Shown here: positions 51,241-64,000 of the stretch, in pieces
How positions within the stretch are numbered: the first letter of the stretch is position 1
Layout: every line of letters starts with the position of its first letter
DNA from: Felis catus
Taxonomy: Eukaryota
Reading direction: 5' to 3'
Assembly (NCBI RefSeq): GCF_018350175.1
Contig: NC_058368.1
Coordinates: 102,984,001-103,048,000 of the forward strand
DNA length: 64,000 nt
Program-made: the position numbers and the translations under genes
Notes under the pieces: model-generated
What the model saw: only the letters and a program-made list of their open reading frames with translations
Told to the model about the DNA's origin: nothing
The model's database searches: none

Positions 51241-52689
51241 CAAATCATTCAATTTCTGTGTGGGTTTGAAGGTGAACAGTGACTCCTTGACTATTATCTC
51301 TAGTTTCTATGAAGTTTTCATCACATTGTTGTAGCTCCCAACGCAAGCTAAAATATCACCAAGAGAACACAATGTTTGAGGGAAGACATAGAAAAACAAG
51401 GAACTGTTGAATACACTTGCTTCTTTCTTCACTTTCTCACTTCCAGTCTGAATCACTGTCATGGCTCCTTTCTAAGGCTTTGGCCTGAAGTCCACGTATG
51501 GCTCCCAATTCTAGACTGGCTACCACCAGGAAGAAAAGACTGTGTGCACTACAATACAGAATCGCAGCAAGTACGGTGTTTCGCATCCAAGTCTTTAATT
51601 AAAAGTTGCACCCTTAGACTTCAGCTGTCCAAGAACCCCACGTGTGGTGTTTCACATGAGCAGAGGCAGTGCTATCATTATGCACAGTGAAACGCTGACA
51701 GGCCCTTCTCTGCAGTGACACCAGCCAGCTCAGGTTATAATTACCCTTGTTACATCATTGCTTCCCTTGCTACACGCAGCGCAAGCCAGCTCTTGCTTAG
51801 GAGACAGATTTGTGTTTATAGCCAAAGAGTTGTTCCTTTCTAATTCAAACCAGGTTTGCTGATAGCCGGGAGGGGGGTGGGGGGGGGGTGGGGGAAGAAA
51901 AACTGTTATAATTAGAGTATCATGAGGAAAAACAATAAACACGTACCGGATGAGGAGGTGATCATCATCTAGTTTGAAACAGAAGATCAGGGTGTAAGCC
52001 AGGCATTTCTGACAAGGATATCAGTGCTAGGTTCATTAACTGCCCTTCCTGCTTTCAGAATATTTTAAATGTGGCAATTTACATTAAAATGGATTTAGTG
52101 ACACCATCGTCTCATTACTGTCAGTTTACATTTGGGTTCATAAACTATAATTGTAAATAAAATATGCTTTTCATTACCATGTCTATTTAGTAGAATATGG
52201 TAGGAAATTAGAGGCATAATCATGATCTAAATTATTAATTCAGTGATATTTTTCAGGTGCCATATGTAGATACTCCATTGTGCATAATGAATTTGCACTC
52301 AGTGGTTGAATTAGGTCTCTATCTCTGTGTTCTGCCTCACTCTTCTCCGTTTTCATCTTATTTTGGTTTGGCTTCTCCACTTCTTCACTTCGGTACACGG
52401 TAAAAGAGGGTTTCTTAAGTCGTTACCCTGTGATTATATGACATTATTTTCATCTCGTTTCTCCAAGTCTCAAGGGGCCCCTAATAAAAGTGCCCTTGCT
52501 CCTTCTCCATGTCCGAAATATTTTGAGAAATCAAGAGTAATACAGATCGGGAGATCAAAATATCAGCTTTATTACGGACACAATTTAAGTAAGAGGCCAT
52601 AACTTAGTCTGTGGGCCAAATCACCTAGAATTTGGGAGATTTCTGCTCTGTCCTGGTGATACTGGACCGGGTAGGCGTCCCCCAGGTAC

Positions 52690-53393
52690 TGGCCTTAATA
52701 ATGGCCATCCAAAGATGTCAGATCTCAATCTCTGGCACCTGTCAATGTTGACTGGTGAAGTTTTACAGATGTGATTTAAATTAAGATTCTGGAGATGCGG
52801 AGAGTATTCTGGATATCAAAGTGGGCCCAAGTGCCTTTAGAAATGTCCTTATGGGGCGCCTGGGTGGCTCAGTCGGTTAAGCGGCCGACTTCGGCTCAGG
52901 TCATGATCTCGCGGTCCGTGAGTTCGAGCCCCGCGTCGGGCTCTGTGCTGACAGCTCAGAGCCTGGAGCCTGCTTCAGATTCTGTGCCTCCCTCTCTCTG
53001 ACCCTCCCCTGTTCAGGCTGTGTCTTTCCCTGTCTCAAAAATAAATAAACGTTAAAAAAAAATTAAAAAAAAAAAAAAAAGAAATGTCCTTACAAGAGAA
53101 AGCCAGTGGGAGATAAGACAGAGAGAAAAGAAGAAGGCAATGTGACCACAGAAGTATTGACTAGAATGATGTGGCAACAAAGCAAGGAATGCCAGAAGCC
53201 TAAGGTGCTCGAAGAAGCAAAGACCACCTCCCCTTACCTCTTGAGGGAGTGTGGCCCTGCAGAATCTTTGATCTCGGCCCAATGAAACTGAATTTGGGCT
53301 TCTGGCCTCCAGAAGTATGAAAGAATAGATTTCTGTTATAATAAGCCACTACATTTGAGATAATGGGCTACAGCAGTCTCAGGAAACTAATAG
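52690..53393 (+). mobile_element. MLT1C-like MaLR LTR interrupted by SINE
   Basis: AATAATGGCC...CAGATGTGATT...GAGGGAGTGTGGCCCTGC...CTTCTGGCCTCCAGAA...GGAAACTAATA. Confidence 0.75.
52853..53079 (+). mobile_element. Feline Can-SINE
   Basis: Exact TSD AGAAATGTCCTTA at 52839-52851 and 53080-53092. Confidence 0.97.
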
Positions 53394-53651
53394 GCTCCCC
53401 AGCCATCTCTGGCAGAAGGCCACCAGAGGTGCCGAACTTATAGGCTGTCAAGAGGGAGAAGAGCTGAGAGGGCTATTCATGCCCAGTTCATGCTTAAAAA
53501 CTCACCCATCAGATGGGCTGCTCTACTTTTTGTGGGGTAGAGTGATCAAAGAACCGGGAGAAGCCAGGGATGTATTTAGGGTAAATCTCTCTCCAGAGAA
53601 ACACATTCCTTCGCTGTGATTCATGGTCTTCCTTAAATTCTAACAATTTCC

Positions 53652-53862
53652 GGGGCGCCTGGGTGGCTCAGTTGGTTAAGCGTCCTATTTTGGCTTAGGT
53701 CATTATTTTGCGGTCCGTGAGTTCGAGCCCCGCGTCGGGCTCTGTGCTGACAGCTCAGAGCGTGGAGCCTGTTTCGGATTCTGTGTCTCCCTCTCTCTCT
53801 GACCCTCCCCCGTTCATGCTCTGTCTCTCTGTCTCAAAATAAACGTTAAAATAAATAAAAAA
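53652..53862 (+). mobile_element. Feline Can-SINE
   Basis: TSD AAATTCTAACAA(T/C)TTCC at 53635-53651 and 53863-53879. Confidence 0.95.
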
Positions 53863-54222
53863 AAATTCTAACAACTTCCATGCTGAAATAACTTCTGGTA
53901 TTTAAATACTATGGTCATTATTAAGTTTGAACAAAGTCTATAGTTGAAATTACCTTCTACATTGGAGACCTTTGAGGGTCAAGATTCACACTGCATAAGA
54001 ACAAAATTATTCATAAAGTTGAAAACTTTACTGGTCTCCCTGCCTCCCAACCAACTTTCATATTGTGTGTGGACGACACAGAAAGGGAGGTTGTCTTTTG
54101 TCTTGCTTAAAGAAAGAAGTCAGCTGGTAACATTCTCAAATACCGTGCTCATGCTCATCCTGTAAAATGGTACCATCCCCTTGTAAATGTACGAGTTTAC
54201 TGTATTTTAAAATATTTTCCCA

Positions 54223-54400
54223 GGGTGCATGGGTGGTTCAGTCAGTTGAGTGTCCGACTCTTGATTTTGGCTTAGGTCATGATCTCACGGTTGTAGAATC
54301 GAGCTCCATGTTGGGCTGCATGCTCAGCATGGAGCCTGCTTAAGATTCTCTCTCTCCTTCTGCCCTCTCCCCAACTCATGCATTCTCTCTCCAGTTACAA
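54223..54400 (+). mobile_element. Older Can-SINE
   Basis: Outer TSD AAA(A/G)TATTTTCCC at 54209-54221 and 54611-54623. Confidence 0.9.
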
Positions 54401-54417
54401 AAAAATTTTTTTTTAAT

Positions 54418-54600
54418 GGGCGCCTGTGTGGCTCAGTCAGTTGGGCATGTGACTTCGGCTCAAGTCATGATCTCGCAGTTCATGAGTTAGAGCCCCGTGT
54501 CTCCCTCTCTCTGCCCCTCCCCCACTTGTGCTCTGTCTCTGAGTCTCCCTTTCTCTCTCTCTGTCTCTCAGAAATAAACATTACAAATTTTTAAGTAAAA
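54418..54600 (+). mobile_element. Internally deleted Can-SINE nested in tail
   Basis: GAGCCCC joined directly to GTGTCTCCC. Confidence 0.88.
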
Positions 54601-55856
54601 TAAAAAAAATAAAGTATTTTCCCTCCATATTGGATGATTATGTGGAAAAGGACTATACCTATTTGAAATCTTTTATTTTGAAATATTTTACCCTGCCTAA
54701 AAATCTGACAAGCTAGGGGAAAGTAAAAAATGCAAAAACATACATAACAAAACAAAACAAAAGCATCACCTACCGATTTTGCCTCAAAGAAGCATGAGTC
54801 ATGCAGCATAACCATTTTTTTTTCACTATTCCTTTCTTCCCTTTCATATGGCTTTCCTAATATGATGTGTTGAATATTAGTTCCCGTTATAGGTCTAAAT
54901 AAACTATTTATTCAACAAATACTTGTTGAGTGCTAGTCACTGTGTGCAAGGCATTATTCAATTAACAAAGAGCTCCACTGTGCTGGGCTTACTTTCTCAT
55001 GGCTATGGTATCCTTTGGAAATTTTGATTTCACTCAGTTGGAGGAACATGTTTCCCTAACGTGGGCACACACAGGCTATGAATAACATGCAGTCCAGAAC
55101 CTTAGGCACGACATCAAAAACATTCAAGCAATGGAGAATCATTTTCTTTCTTGCAAATGCAAACTAAATGTTAGACAAAATATTTGAGTAGGCCATTTCT
55201 GCCCACTAACGAAGGGATAAAAAGAGGTGATCATGTTCCACTGAATCCTTCACATTTATTCCTTAGCTCTTTGAAGCACATGCCCTAGACCTAAAAGAAA
55301 CTGATACATTCAGAGAATCTACTATTGTAAGCATTGGACTTTATGAAAATAGGAATATAGTCTCTTTTCTATTTCTCTTAATACTTCACAGAACTACTTG
55401 GGAAGCTCTAAGTTTTTCTTTCTTTTGTTTTTGTTTGGTTTGGTTTTCCAACAGTGAGTGCTTATGCTTTGGAACCTGATGCGAATGCTATGCATAGTTG
55501 TTCTCTTATTATTCTGTCTCCTTCCTACAGAAATATATTTTAAATTCCTTTGTGGGGTTTTATTATATTTTATATTATTCTTCTATGTCATTTAAACTGA
55601 GCATAGTGCTACTGAGTGGGCATTTAATGAAATTTCTCCATTGAGAAAGCAGTAAGAGAAAGTGAGAATGTTTTGAAAGGGGAGAGACAGAAGACAAAAA
55701 ATCAGACATGGCCAGTGGGTGTCAAGAAACATTTGCCTTGTTTAATCACTGTTTTATATTAAAAAAAGTATTTATTATAAAACCCTATCCCTTTTCTGTT
55801 TACTGTATTATAACTTGCAACTTTAGAATGTGAATATTTTTATAAGGAAATAAATT

Positions 55857-56058
55857 GGGGTGCTCCTGGGTGGCTGAGTAGGTTGAGTGTCCAACTCTTG
55901 ATTTTGGCTCATGATCTCATAGCTCGTGAGAATGGACCCTGCATTGGACTCTGTGCTGGAGTGTGGAGCCTGCTTGGAATTCTCTCTCCTCCTCTCTCTC
56001 TGCCCCTTCCCTGTTCTTTCTCTCTCTCTCTCAAAATAAATAAATAAACATTAAAAAA
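55857..56058 (+). mobile_element. Older Can-SINE
   Basis: Body; GAAAT(A/C)AATTGGG flanks. Confidence 0.9.
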
Positions 56059-56458
56059 AGAAATCAATTGGGACATTTCTTCCTAGAATTTGAGTGTTAC
56101 TGAAGAAGTAATCTCCTTTAATCAACAAATCATGTCATGTGATTTTAAAAGTTAAAAAGACACCTAGAAAAAAACATTCTTAATATCCTTAATGTTTTAC
56201 TCCTCTGGACAATAATTTACACTTTTAAAGACCTTCAATGCCATAATGTCCTTTAAATATTTTGATTCTGTTCCCTTTCCGATATACACTTGACCACCTT
56301 TCAAGTGGCTACTGTCAGTTTACTCTTTCAAATTTCATTTACTTATTGTTAAATACGTAAACTCTTTTCCAGTGGGTCACTAACCAATTCACAGAAGTGA
56401 GGTTGACAGTTGTGTAGCAGGTCTTAGTTGTACTTGTGGATACAGAAAGAGACGTTAT

Positions 56459-56645
56459 CTTTTTTTTTTTTCTTTGAGAGAGAGAAAGTATGCAAGTGTG
56501 GGGAGAAGGGCAGAGGAAGACTCTTAAGCAGGCTCTATGCTCAGCGTGGAGACCAATATAGGGCTTGATCTCATGACCCTGAGATCATAACCTGAACTGA
56601 AACCAAGAGTCAGAGGCTCAACTAACTGAGCCACCCAGGTGTCCC
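56459..56645 (-). mobile_element. Old Can-SINE
   Basis: AAACCAAGAGTC...CTGAGCCACCCAGGTGTCCC. Confidence 0.88.
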
Positions 56646-56829
56646 AAGAGGTTGTCATTTTAATGTGTGAAGACTGGCTAGTGATCACCCTTCTCCTTGC
56701 CTTTCCATAATTCAGGTCTTAAAATTTTTCAGTGTGTGGCCTTTCGTCCTACAACTCTACCTAAAAAGTTGTTTAGCTTTTAATACAGAAGCAAAAGGTA
56801 AGAGATAGTTAGAAATGAAAGTCTGATGT

Positions 56830-57320
56830 AACTGAAAAAATCTGACAAAGGATATTTTAAGAAGCTACAGAGAAAATTATGAAACATTATTGAAGAAAAT
56901 TATAAAAGACCTAAATAAATGAAATGCTATACCATGTTCATGGACAGGAAGATTCAATTTTGAAAAAAATGTGATTTCTCGGCAAATATTTACAATTTCC
57001 TTTCCTACTATATATTTTGTTCTGTGGAAAAGAAAAAGAACAGATTTTCTGGAGTTTTATGAGAGCATACAAGCTCTCAAACAGTGGGAAATTTCTGAAG
57101 ATGATCTTGGAGGAATTTTGCCTATCGGATATTAAGACATTATGAAGAAAGAGTAATCAAGACATTGTGGCATTTATTCAGGAAGAGACAAATATAACAG
57201 TGGAACGGAGCCCAGAACCAGTCCTATTCATAAGGGGAATTTACTATATAACATCTGTGACACTGCAAATCAGTGTTGAATAGAGTGCCTTTTAAACAAA
57301 TGGTCCTAGTCAAATACACT
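56830..57320 (+). mobile_element. Ancient L1 ORF2 fragment
   Basis: GACCTAAATAAATG...ATACCATGTTCATGGACAGGAAGA. Confidence 0.65.
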
Positions 57321-57950
57321 GTTTAGTTATTATAAAATATTATGGCGACCTTAGAATCCATTAGAGATGACCCATATGTGTGTGTTTCTCTGCTTTTTAA
57401 ACTCATGTTAACAGAAAAGCTAAATAAATAAATAAATTACAAAATAATGTTAACAAAGAACCAGAATTACATAAAAAAATAAACAAATGGTACTAGAATA
57501 TTCATCTGAAAATGGGAGTAATAATAATACCCTCATCTCATACAACTGTTTTGACAATTGTTTTATTTGCAAATTATTTATAAATGAAGGAAAATACTTT
57601 TATATTAATTTTATTAACAATATTTTTTTATGCTATGAAGCCTCTGTTCATACTTTGTCATTTTCCCCATTGGACCATTCTCTTTTACTTAATATACTGT
57701 AAATCTTTTTGGAAATTAATAAAATTAGCTGTCATAAAAATTGCCTATTTTTCTTTTATATTTGTTATTTAATATAACTGATTTATTATACACTATTTTA
57801 AATTTTCTGTAATGCGACACCTCCTATTGTTTCTGGAATTTGTATCCTGTAAGAAACAAACATTTCCTATTGCATGATTATTAATAAAATTTCCCATTCT
57901 TTCTTCCTGCTCTTGTTTCAATTTTTTCTGTCTTTAAATCATTGGTCTAA

Positions 57951-58160
57951 GGGCGCCTGGGTGGCACAGTTGGTTAAGCGTCCGACTTCAGCCAGGTCAC
58001 GATCTCGCGGTCCGTGAGTTCGAGGCCCGCGTCAGGCTCTGGGCTGATGGCTCAGAGCCTGGAGCCTGTTTCCGATTCTGTGTCTCCCTCTCTCTCTGCC
58101 CCTCCCCCATTCATGCTCTGTCTCTCTCTGTCCCCAAAATAAATAAAAACGTTGAAAAAA
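57951..58160 (+). mobile_element. Young feline Can-SINE
   Basis: Exact TSD AAATCATTGGTCTA at 57936-57949 and 58161-58174. Confidence 0.97.
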
Positions 58161-59089
58161 AAATCATTGGTCTATCTGAAATTTATTAGTGTAAGGAGGA
58201 ATATGCTTTCATTTTCCTATCAAAATTTATTGATGGTTTTCATATACTTCTTTTTCCATGTGGGTTTCCAACTTAGTATTATTCTGCTGAACAAAGTACC
58301 ACATGCTCCAAAAACATTTGGAATTTTGATGTGCCTCATGTTAAATAAGGGAAAAATTCAAAACAATGAATAATTTTTAATGCATACTTGGAGAGAATCA
58401 ATTGTCTTGGTTACCCAAAATTGTACCCCAATAAATGAGGACAACTGTACCAGTTGTAAGCAGCATTTAGGTCTTATTTCAGAATATATGACATTCCTAC
58501 ACTGTTAGCTAGTTTTAAAAGGTTTAACAGGGGATGTACAGTATGGACCTTCAGCGGACTTCTCTGACCTAAGGTACTCTCTTTAGTTTGTGGGGAAAAG
58601 AGAAAGGATGGAATTAGAAAGGAAGAAATGAGGGTGAAGCCTACATTTTTATATTTGAGTAAGTCTTGAGTTCCTTTCTGCCTCTAATTTATATGGCTAA
58701 AAAAGTCTCACAACAACTTTGCACAATATTCATCTCACAACTGTCATGCTTGACTATTGATTAATTCAGCTTTGTTATTTTGTGAATCCTGAAACATCCT
58801 GTGAAAGACATTTTTTCTTTTCTTCTAGATGTCCAAGAATCATCATTGTTGTCTGTTATTTTTTTGGACTGTCTGCAAAGGATTCTATTTGTATTCTTCC
58901 TGGTTCTAGGGACTTGAAGGTATTTTAGTTCTTTTGATGTCTGTAATTTTGTTGCTAGAGGTCAAAATTAAGTTTTCACTTCTTGCTAGTGGTGTAGTTC
59001 ACAGAGGTCACCCAACTCAGAGGTGAGTGGCAAGGAGAGGCCATACAGGGCTTGGTTCCTTTCCTCTCTGTATGACCATCTAGAAAGTA

Positions 59090-60740
59090 TAAATCACATT
59101 TCCCATTTCTACTTTCTCATTTCCTACTCATTCCTCAACCCACTGCAATTTGGGTGTCAATCTAACACTCCTTAAAATTGCTCTCCTTTTCTATTTTGGG
59201 ATTTTCAGACCATCTGTTCTGATAGCAGGCTCTACATTCTACAAGAACAGAGATGTTTGTCTGTCTTCTTTCTGCTATACTCCAGGGCCTAGCACACGGA
59301 AGGCAATCTAATAGCATTTGCATATGAATGAATGTATGACCATGCCTTTTTGCAATTCTACTTTAGGCCTCCCTGACACAGCTCTCAGTTTTCTTTCTCC
59401 TCCTTCTCTTAAATGTTCTTCTTTCACCTGTCCCTTAGATCTCCAGGTTGCCCAGGTTCAATTTTAAGTCTACCTTCCTCCTTCTACATACTCACCCTAG
59501 GCAGACGCATCCATGCCCATGGATTTAATTGCTACACACACATACCTTAACTTCCAAATCTCTTATCTCTATCCTTGTTTTGCAAACTTTTGACTGGTAT
59601 TTCACCAGGTGGAGTTGATAACATGAATCACTTGGAGCATTTGTTTTGAAATGAAGGTTTCTTCCTTCTTTTTACTGAATAAAGATATTTAGGGTTGAGC
59701 TTGGGCATCAGCGTTTTCAACCACCTTCATAATTTTTGTTTCTGAATGAGTTTTAGGCACAGAACTGACTAGAGGCAGACTCAAGATGACAGTACTAATA
59801 ACAGTCATCTGGCTGATGCCACAGGTATTCTGAAGAGGAAGAAACTATTGCAGAGAAAATGTCATGAGAAGTTGGGACTGAACCTGGGCCTCAATATATG
59901 AGTAGGAACCCGACATTGTTGCCCAAATCCATCCATTTCCCTCATCTCCAGCATTAAGCCCCTAGTTTGATCCATCATCATCTCCCAGATAAACTATGGA
60001 AATAATGATAATCAAAATGGCATTCACCATCATTAAAGAAGAAAGAGGAAGAAGAGAAGGAAGCTGACAAACTATAATGATGTCTAACATTCAGTGAATA
60101 CTTGTAATTTGTAAGACTCCTCTACGTGTTTCATAACTAACCTTAAGAAGATGACTAATAATATCCCTCTTCTCCCTGTTACTGCCTATAAACTAACTTC
60201 CATGGACTAGCTAATTTTGAAAAGGTAATCCTCTCATGGCTCACCAATGCACTTACAATAAAATCCAAGCTGTCTGCCATGACTCACATTTCTCTCTGAC
60301 CTCTCTCTTCATTATCCATCTGGCTTATACCACTACCCCTTCTTGGTTCAAATGTCCCATGTTGGTGGCTGCCTTGAGTCTCAGCCTTTGATCTTCCCTT
60401 TGCTTGCGTTCTTTTCCTCCTTGTCCTCTGTTTTCTTTCTTCCCATTAAGGTCCAACTTAAATTGACCCCTACTCAGCACAACCTTCCACTGCTTCCTGA
60501 TCTAAAATAGCCCCCCGCCCCTGCCAGCCTCCCTCTATCATCTCACCTATTTTTTTTTCTTTAGAGCATTTAATATTCTCTGAAATGATCTTCTTTAGCC
60601 ATTTATTTACTTATTTATTGGTCTTTCCTGCTCCATTGAGATGGTATCTGCTTTTCTATTTCTGTCTCCCTTACCTGTCTCACAGAGTGTTTATCCACAA
60701 TAGACACTCATTGGATGTTTGTTGAATTGGTAAACGAATA
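59090..60740 (+). mobile_element. Fragmented L2 cluster
   Basis: CTCATTCCTCAACCCACTGCAAT, CCCATGGATTTAATT, AATAAAATCCAAGCT...CCATGAC, ACTCATTGGATGTTTGTTGAAT; boundaries approximate. Confidence 0.6.
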
Positions 60741-60951
60741 GTGAGTAAATGTTAGCACAGGTTAGGAAAGTGTATGATTGTCTGGGGTATCCATATATAT
60801 GAAGGCTAAGAACTGTTATTTGGGGGCACAAAGAACAGATATATAGGATAGAATTGTCCGTTTATTCAATGGTTTACAATGGTTAGGAAGCGAACATGAT
60901 GTAAAAAATAAATGGATTGTTTCTTCCTTCTTCAAAAGTAAGCAACATTTA

Positions 60952-62331
60952 TGACACAAAAACAGACACTCAGACCAGTGGAACAGAACAGAGAACCCAG
61001 AAATGGACCCACAAACGTATGGCCATCTAATCTTTGACAAATCAGGAAAGAATATCCAATGGAATAAAGACAGTCTCTTCAGCAAGTGGTGCTGGGAAAA
61101 CTGGACAGCGACATGTAGAAGAATGAACCTGAACCACTTTCTTACACCATACACAAAAATAAACTCAAAATGGATGAAAGACCTAAATGTAAGACAGGAA
61201 GCCATCAAAATCCTCAAGGAGAAAGCAGGCAAAAATCTCTTTGATCTTGGTGGCAGCACCTTCTTACTCAACATGTCTCTGGAGGCAAGCAAAACAAAAG
61301 CAAAGACGAACTATTGGGACCTCATCAAAATAAAAAGCTTCTGCACAGTGAAGGAAACAATCAGCAAAACTAAAAGGCAACCAACAGAATGGGAGAAGAT
61401 ATTTGCAAATGACATATCAGATAAATCTATAAACTTATCAAACTCAACACCCTAAAAACAAATAATCCAGTGAAGAAATGGGCAAAAGACATGAATAGAC
61501 ACTTCTCCAGAGAAGATATCCAGATGGCCAACTGACACATGAAAAAATGCTCCACATCAGTCATCATCAGGGAAATACAAATCAAAACCACAATGAAATA
61601 CCGCCTGACACCTGTCAGAATGGCTACCATTAACAACTCAGGCAACAACAGATGTTGGTGAGGAGGCAGAGAAAGAGGATCTCTTTTGCATTGTTGGTGA
61701 GAATGCAAACTGGTGCAGCCACTCTGGAAAACAGTATGGAGTTTCCTCAAAAAATTAAAAATAGAAGTACCCTGCAACCCAGCAACTGTACTACTAGGTA
61801 TTTATCCAAGGGACACAGGTATGCTGTTTCGAAGGGACACATGCACCCCAATGTTTATAGCAGCACTATCTACAATAGCCAAAGTATGGAAAGAGCCCAA
61901 ATGTCCATCGATGGATGAATGGATAAAGAAGATGTGCTATATACATACAATGGAGTATTACTTGGCAATCAAAAAGAATGAAATCTTGTCACTTGCAACT
62001 ACATGGATGGAACTAGAGGGTATTATGCTAAGTGAAATTAGTCATTCAGAAAAAGACAAATATCATATGACTTCACTCATATGAGGACTTTAAGACACAG
62101 AACAGACGAACATAATGGAAGGGAAGCAAAAATAATGTAAAAACAGGGAGGGGGACAAAACATAAGAGTATCTTAAATACAGAGAACAGGGGGTTACTGG
62201 AGGGGTTGTGGGAGGGGGGATGGGCTAAATGGGTAAGGGCATTGAGGAATCTACTTCTGAAATCATCGTTGCACTATACGCTAACTAATTTGGATGTAAA
62301 TTAAAAAAATAAAATTAAAAAAAATTTTTTA
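60952..62331 (+). mobile_element. 5'-truncated carnivore LINE-1 (ORF2 3' part + 3'UTR)
   Basis: [16 protein letters not shown]...[11 protein letters not shown]; exact TSD AAAAGTAAGCAACATTTA at 60934-60951 and 62332-62349. Confidence 0.97.
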
Positions 62332-63544
62332 AAAAGTAAGCAACATTTAAGAAGGGGGGCTCTTAGATCTCAAATCTACCCATCCAAGCCACAGTCATCA
62401 TCATATTCAAGAAATTAGGGGCATTCCAAAATTAATAGTGGGAGGTCAACAGGTATCAACTTTGTGCCATAGACACACAAATTAGCAACTATTAATTATG
62501 AGTTAACATGCAGTGTGCATAACGTGTTGATATTTAACTGTATACTATTACTATATGTAAATTGTATTTTTGATGCAATTTTTTAGTGGAAAAATTATTT
62601 ACACGTTGAATTCTCAGAGGCAAACAAAACAAAATGACAACGAATCAAAACAAAAACTCTTTGTCAGTGGTGGTTTAAGGACACTGTGACACAAAGAGCG
62701 AAGGAAGGGTACTTCTCAATGGCCAACCTCTTCCAGAAGGCTGTAAAGTCACAGGGAAAAGATAAGCATCGCTAAGTGATCAATCACTGTAGTAGAAATT
62801 CTGCATGACTGAAAAAGTGCTTAAAAATCACTGGCCTGCATCTCTCTGGAAGCGCCCGATTGTGTTTTCACTGTGGGAGAGACACGCACATTTGTAGATT
62901 AGGAACATATGGGACTCATTGTAGGGCTAGTGAGACTAAAGAGTTAATTGTGTATACATGTCATTCATCATCAGTCAGTCAATCAGGCAACTAATACCTT
63001 TAGGGGTCATGAATCTAACAGGACTGACAGTGACAAGCAAGCTGACAGTCCAAGACCTGCCACCTAGATAACAGGTCATGTGAACCAAGCCATTACTTGC
63101 TGGGGCAGATGGCACAGAGGAAGCTTAGCTTCTGGGTATTCCTGACTCCACAGCTACAGCCTTTCTCTGGAAGCAGCAAAGGCAACTTCTCAGGCACTCG
63201 CTGTTTCTGTTAGCAACTGTCTGTCCATTTCACATAAGATCAGGGTATAAATGGGATCACGTATGCTGAAGCTGGAAGGGACCTTAGGGCTCACCTAAAC
63301 CAGCCCCACATTTAACCAGTACAGATACTGAGCCCTAGGGCGAGCGACGCCATTGTGATCAGAAGCCCTATTTCTGACTCATAAGCCAACCTTTGGTTCA
63401 CTATGTGGTGTGTCATTTTAGAGTTAAGCATCTGACATACATCTCTTCTTTTAAAAATGCACAGTCGACTGAGAAAAAAACCAAAGTAATGCCATTTAAA
63501 CACACAGATAAAAATAAATTAACTTTTGCTGCATTGGTTTTCAA

Positions 63545-63680
63545 CTAGAGGTCTACTCCAGAATCACGTGGAAAATTTAAAAAAGCACGCATGGCTGATC
63601 CCCACCACAGACTACTGAATTAGAATCCCCAGACTTGGCCACTGGATACGTATGCTTTGAAAAAACATCATATGATTTCA
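63545..63680. mobile_element. MER5-like hAT-Charlie fragment
   Basis: AGAATCACGTGG...CCCCACCACAGACTACTGAATTAGAATC. Confidence 0.45.
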
Positions 63681-64000
63681 ATATACGGTTTTTACCAACA
63701 ATGTGGAAAATCCTACTCTTGTACAAACACTGGATAGGAAAATAAAAATTGTAACATCCATAGTTTAGGCAAGTATCAAACTTCCCCTTTTCTACCACAT
63801 GTTCCACCATTGCAAACATCTTTACGATCATTAAGCATAGACCGCGTTGTGTCCAGATGCGGATATATAAGACAGCTATATTTCAATTGTAAGTTTGGAT
63901 GGGAAATAGTGAGAACAGAGCAAACAAAAAAATCCATGGGATGTTCGAAAACCTCCTTTCAGTAAAGAATGCCCAGTATTTCCTCACCCATCGAATCCTT

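Noticed and set aside
61003..62084. ORF2-like ORFs as a functional CDS
   Set aside because: 5'-truncated L1 with stops and frameshifts
1..64000. CRISPR arrays, operons or prokaryotic systems
   Set aside because: Sequence is mammalian; no regularly spaced repeat-spacer array seen

Overview
Mammalian genomic DNA from a feliform carnivore, very probably a cat-family (Felidae) species. The basis is about 38 tRNA-derived Can-SINE (SINEC) copies of feline type and two young carnivore LINE-1 insertions. The window looks intronic or intergenic. I could not support any protein-coding exon, rRNA, true tRNA or named ncRNA gene. The ORFs I can assign are translations of SINEs, LINE-1 ORF2 remnants or microsatellites; the rest look like chance frames. 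A large part of the window is interspersed repeat: Can-SINEs of several ages (many with exact target-site duplications [TSDs], several nested), L1 fragments from young to ancient, L2/MIR relics, MaLR/ERVL/ERV1-type solo LTRs and DNA-transposon MITEs (MER53-, MER45A-, MER33-, Tigger2a-like). Family names come from my recollection of consensus sequences, not from a database search. The most notable non-routine signals are a CpG-retaining ~150-nt fold-back at ~6.5-6.67 kb (possibly an ancient MER121-type conserved element), a repeat-free CpG/G4-rich putative regulatory block at ~9.7-11.3 kb, a MER53 hairpin (the miR-1302 source family), nested SINE stacks, closely spaced inverted young SINEs and a ~320-bp alternating purine-pyrimidine quasi-palindrome. 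I found no convincing evidence of a new biological system; the findings are candidates for checking.
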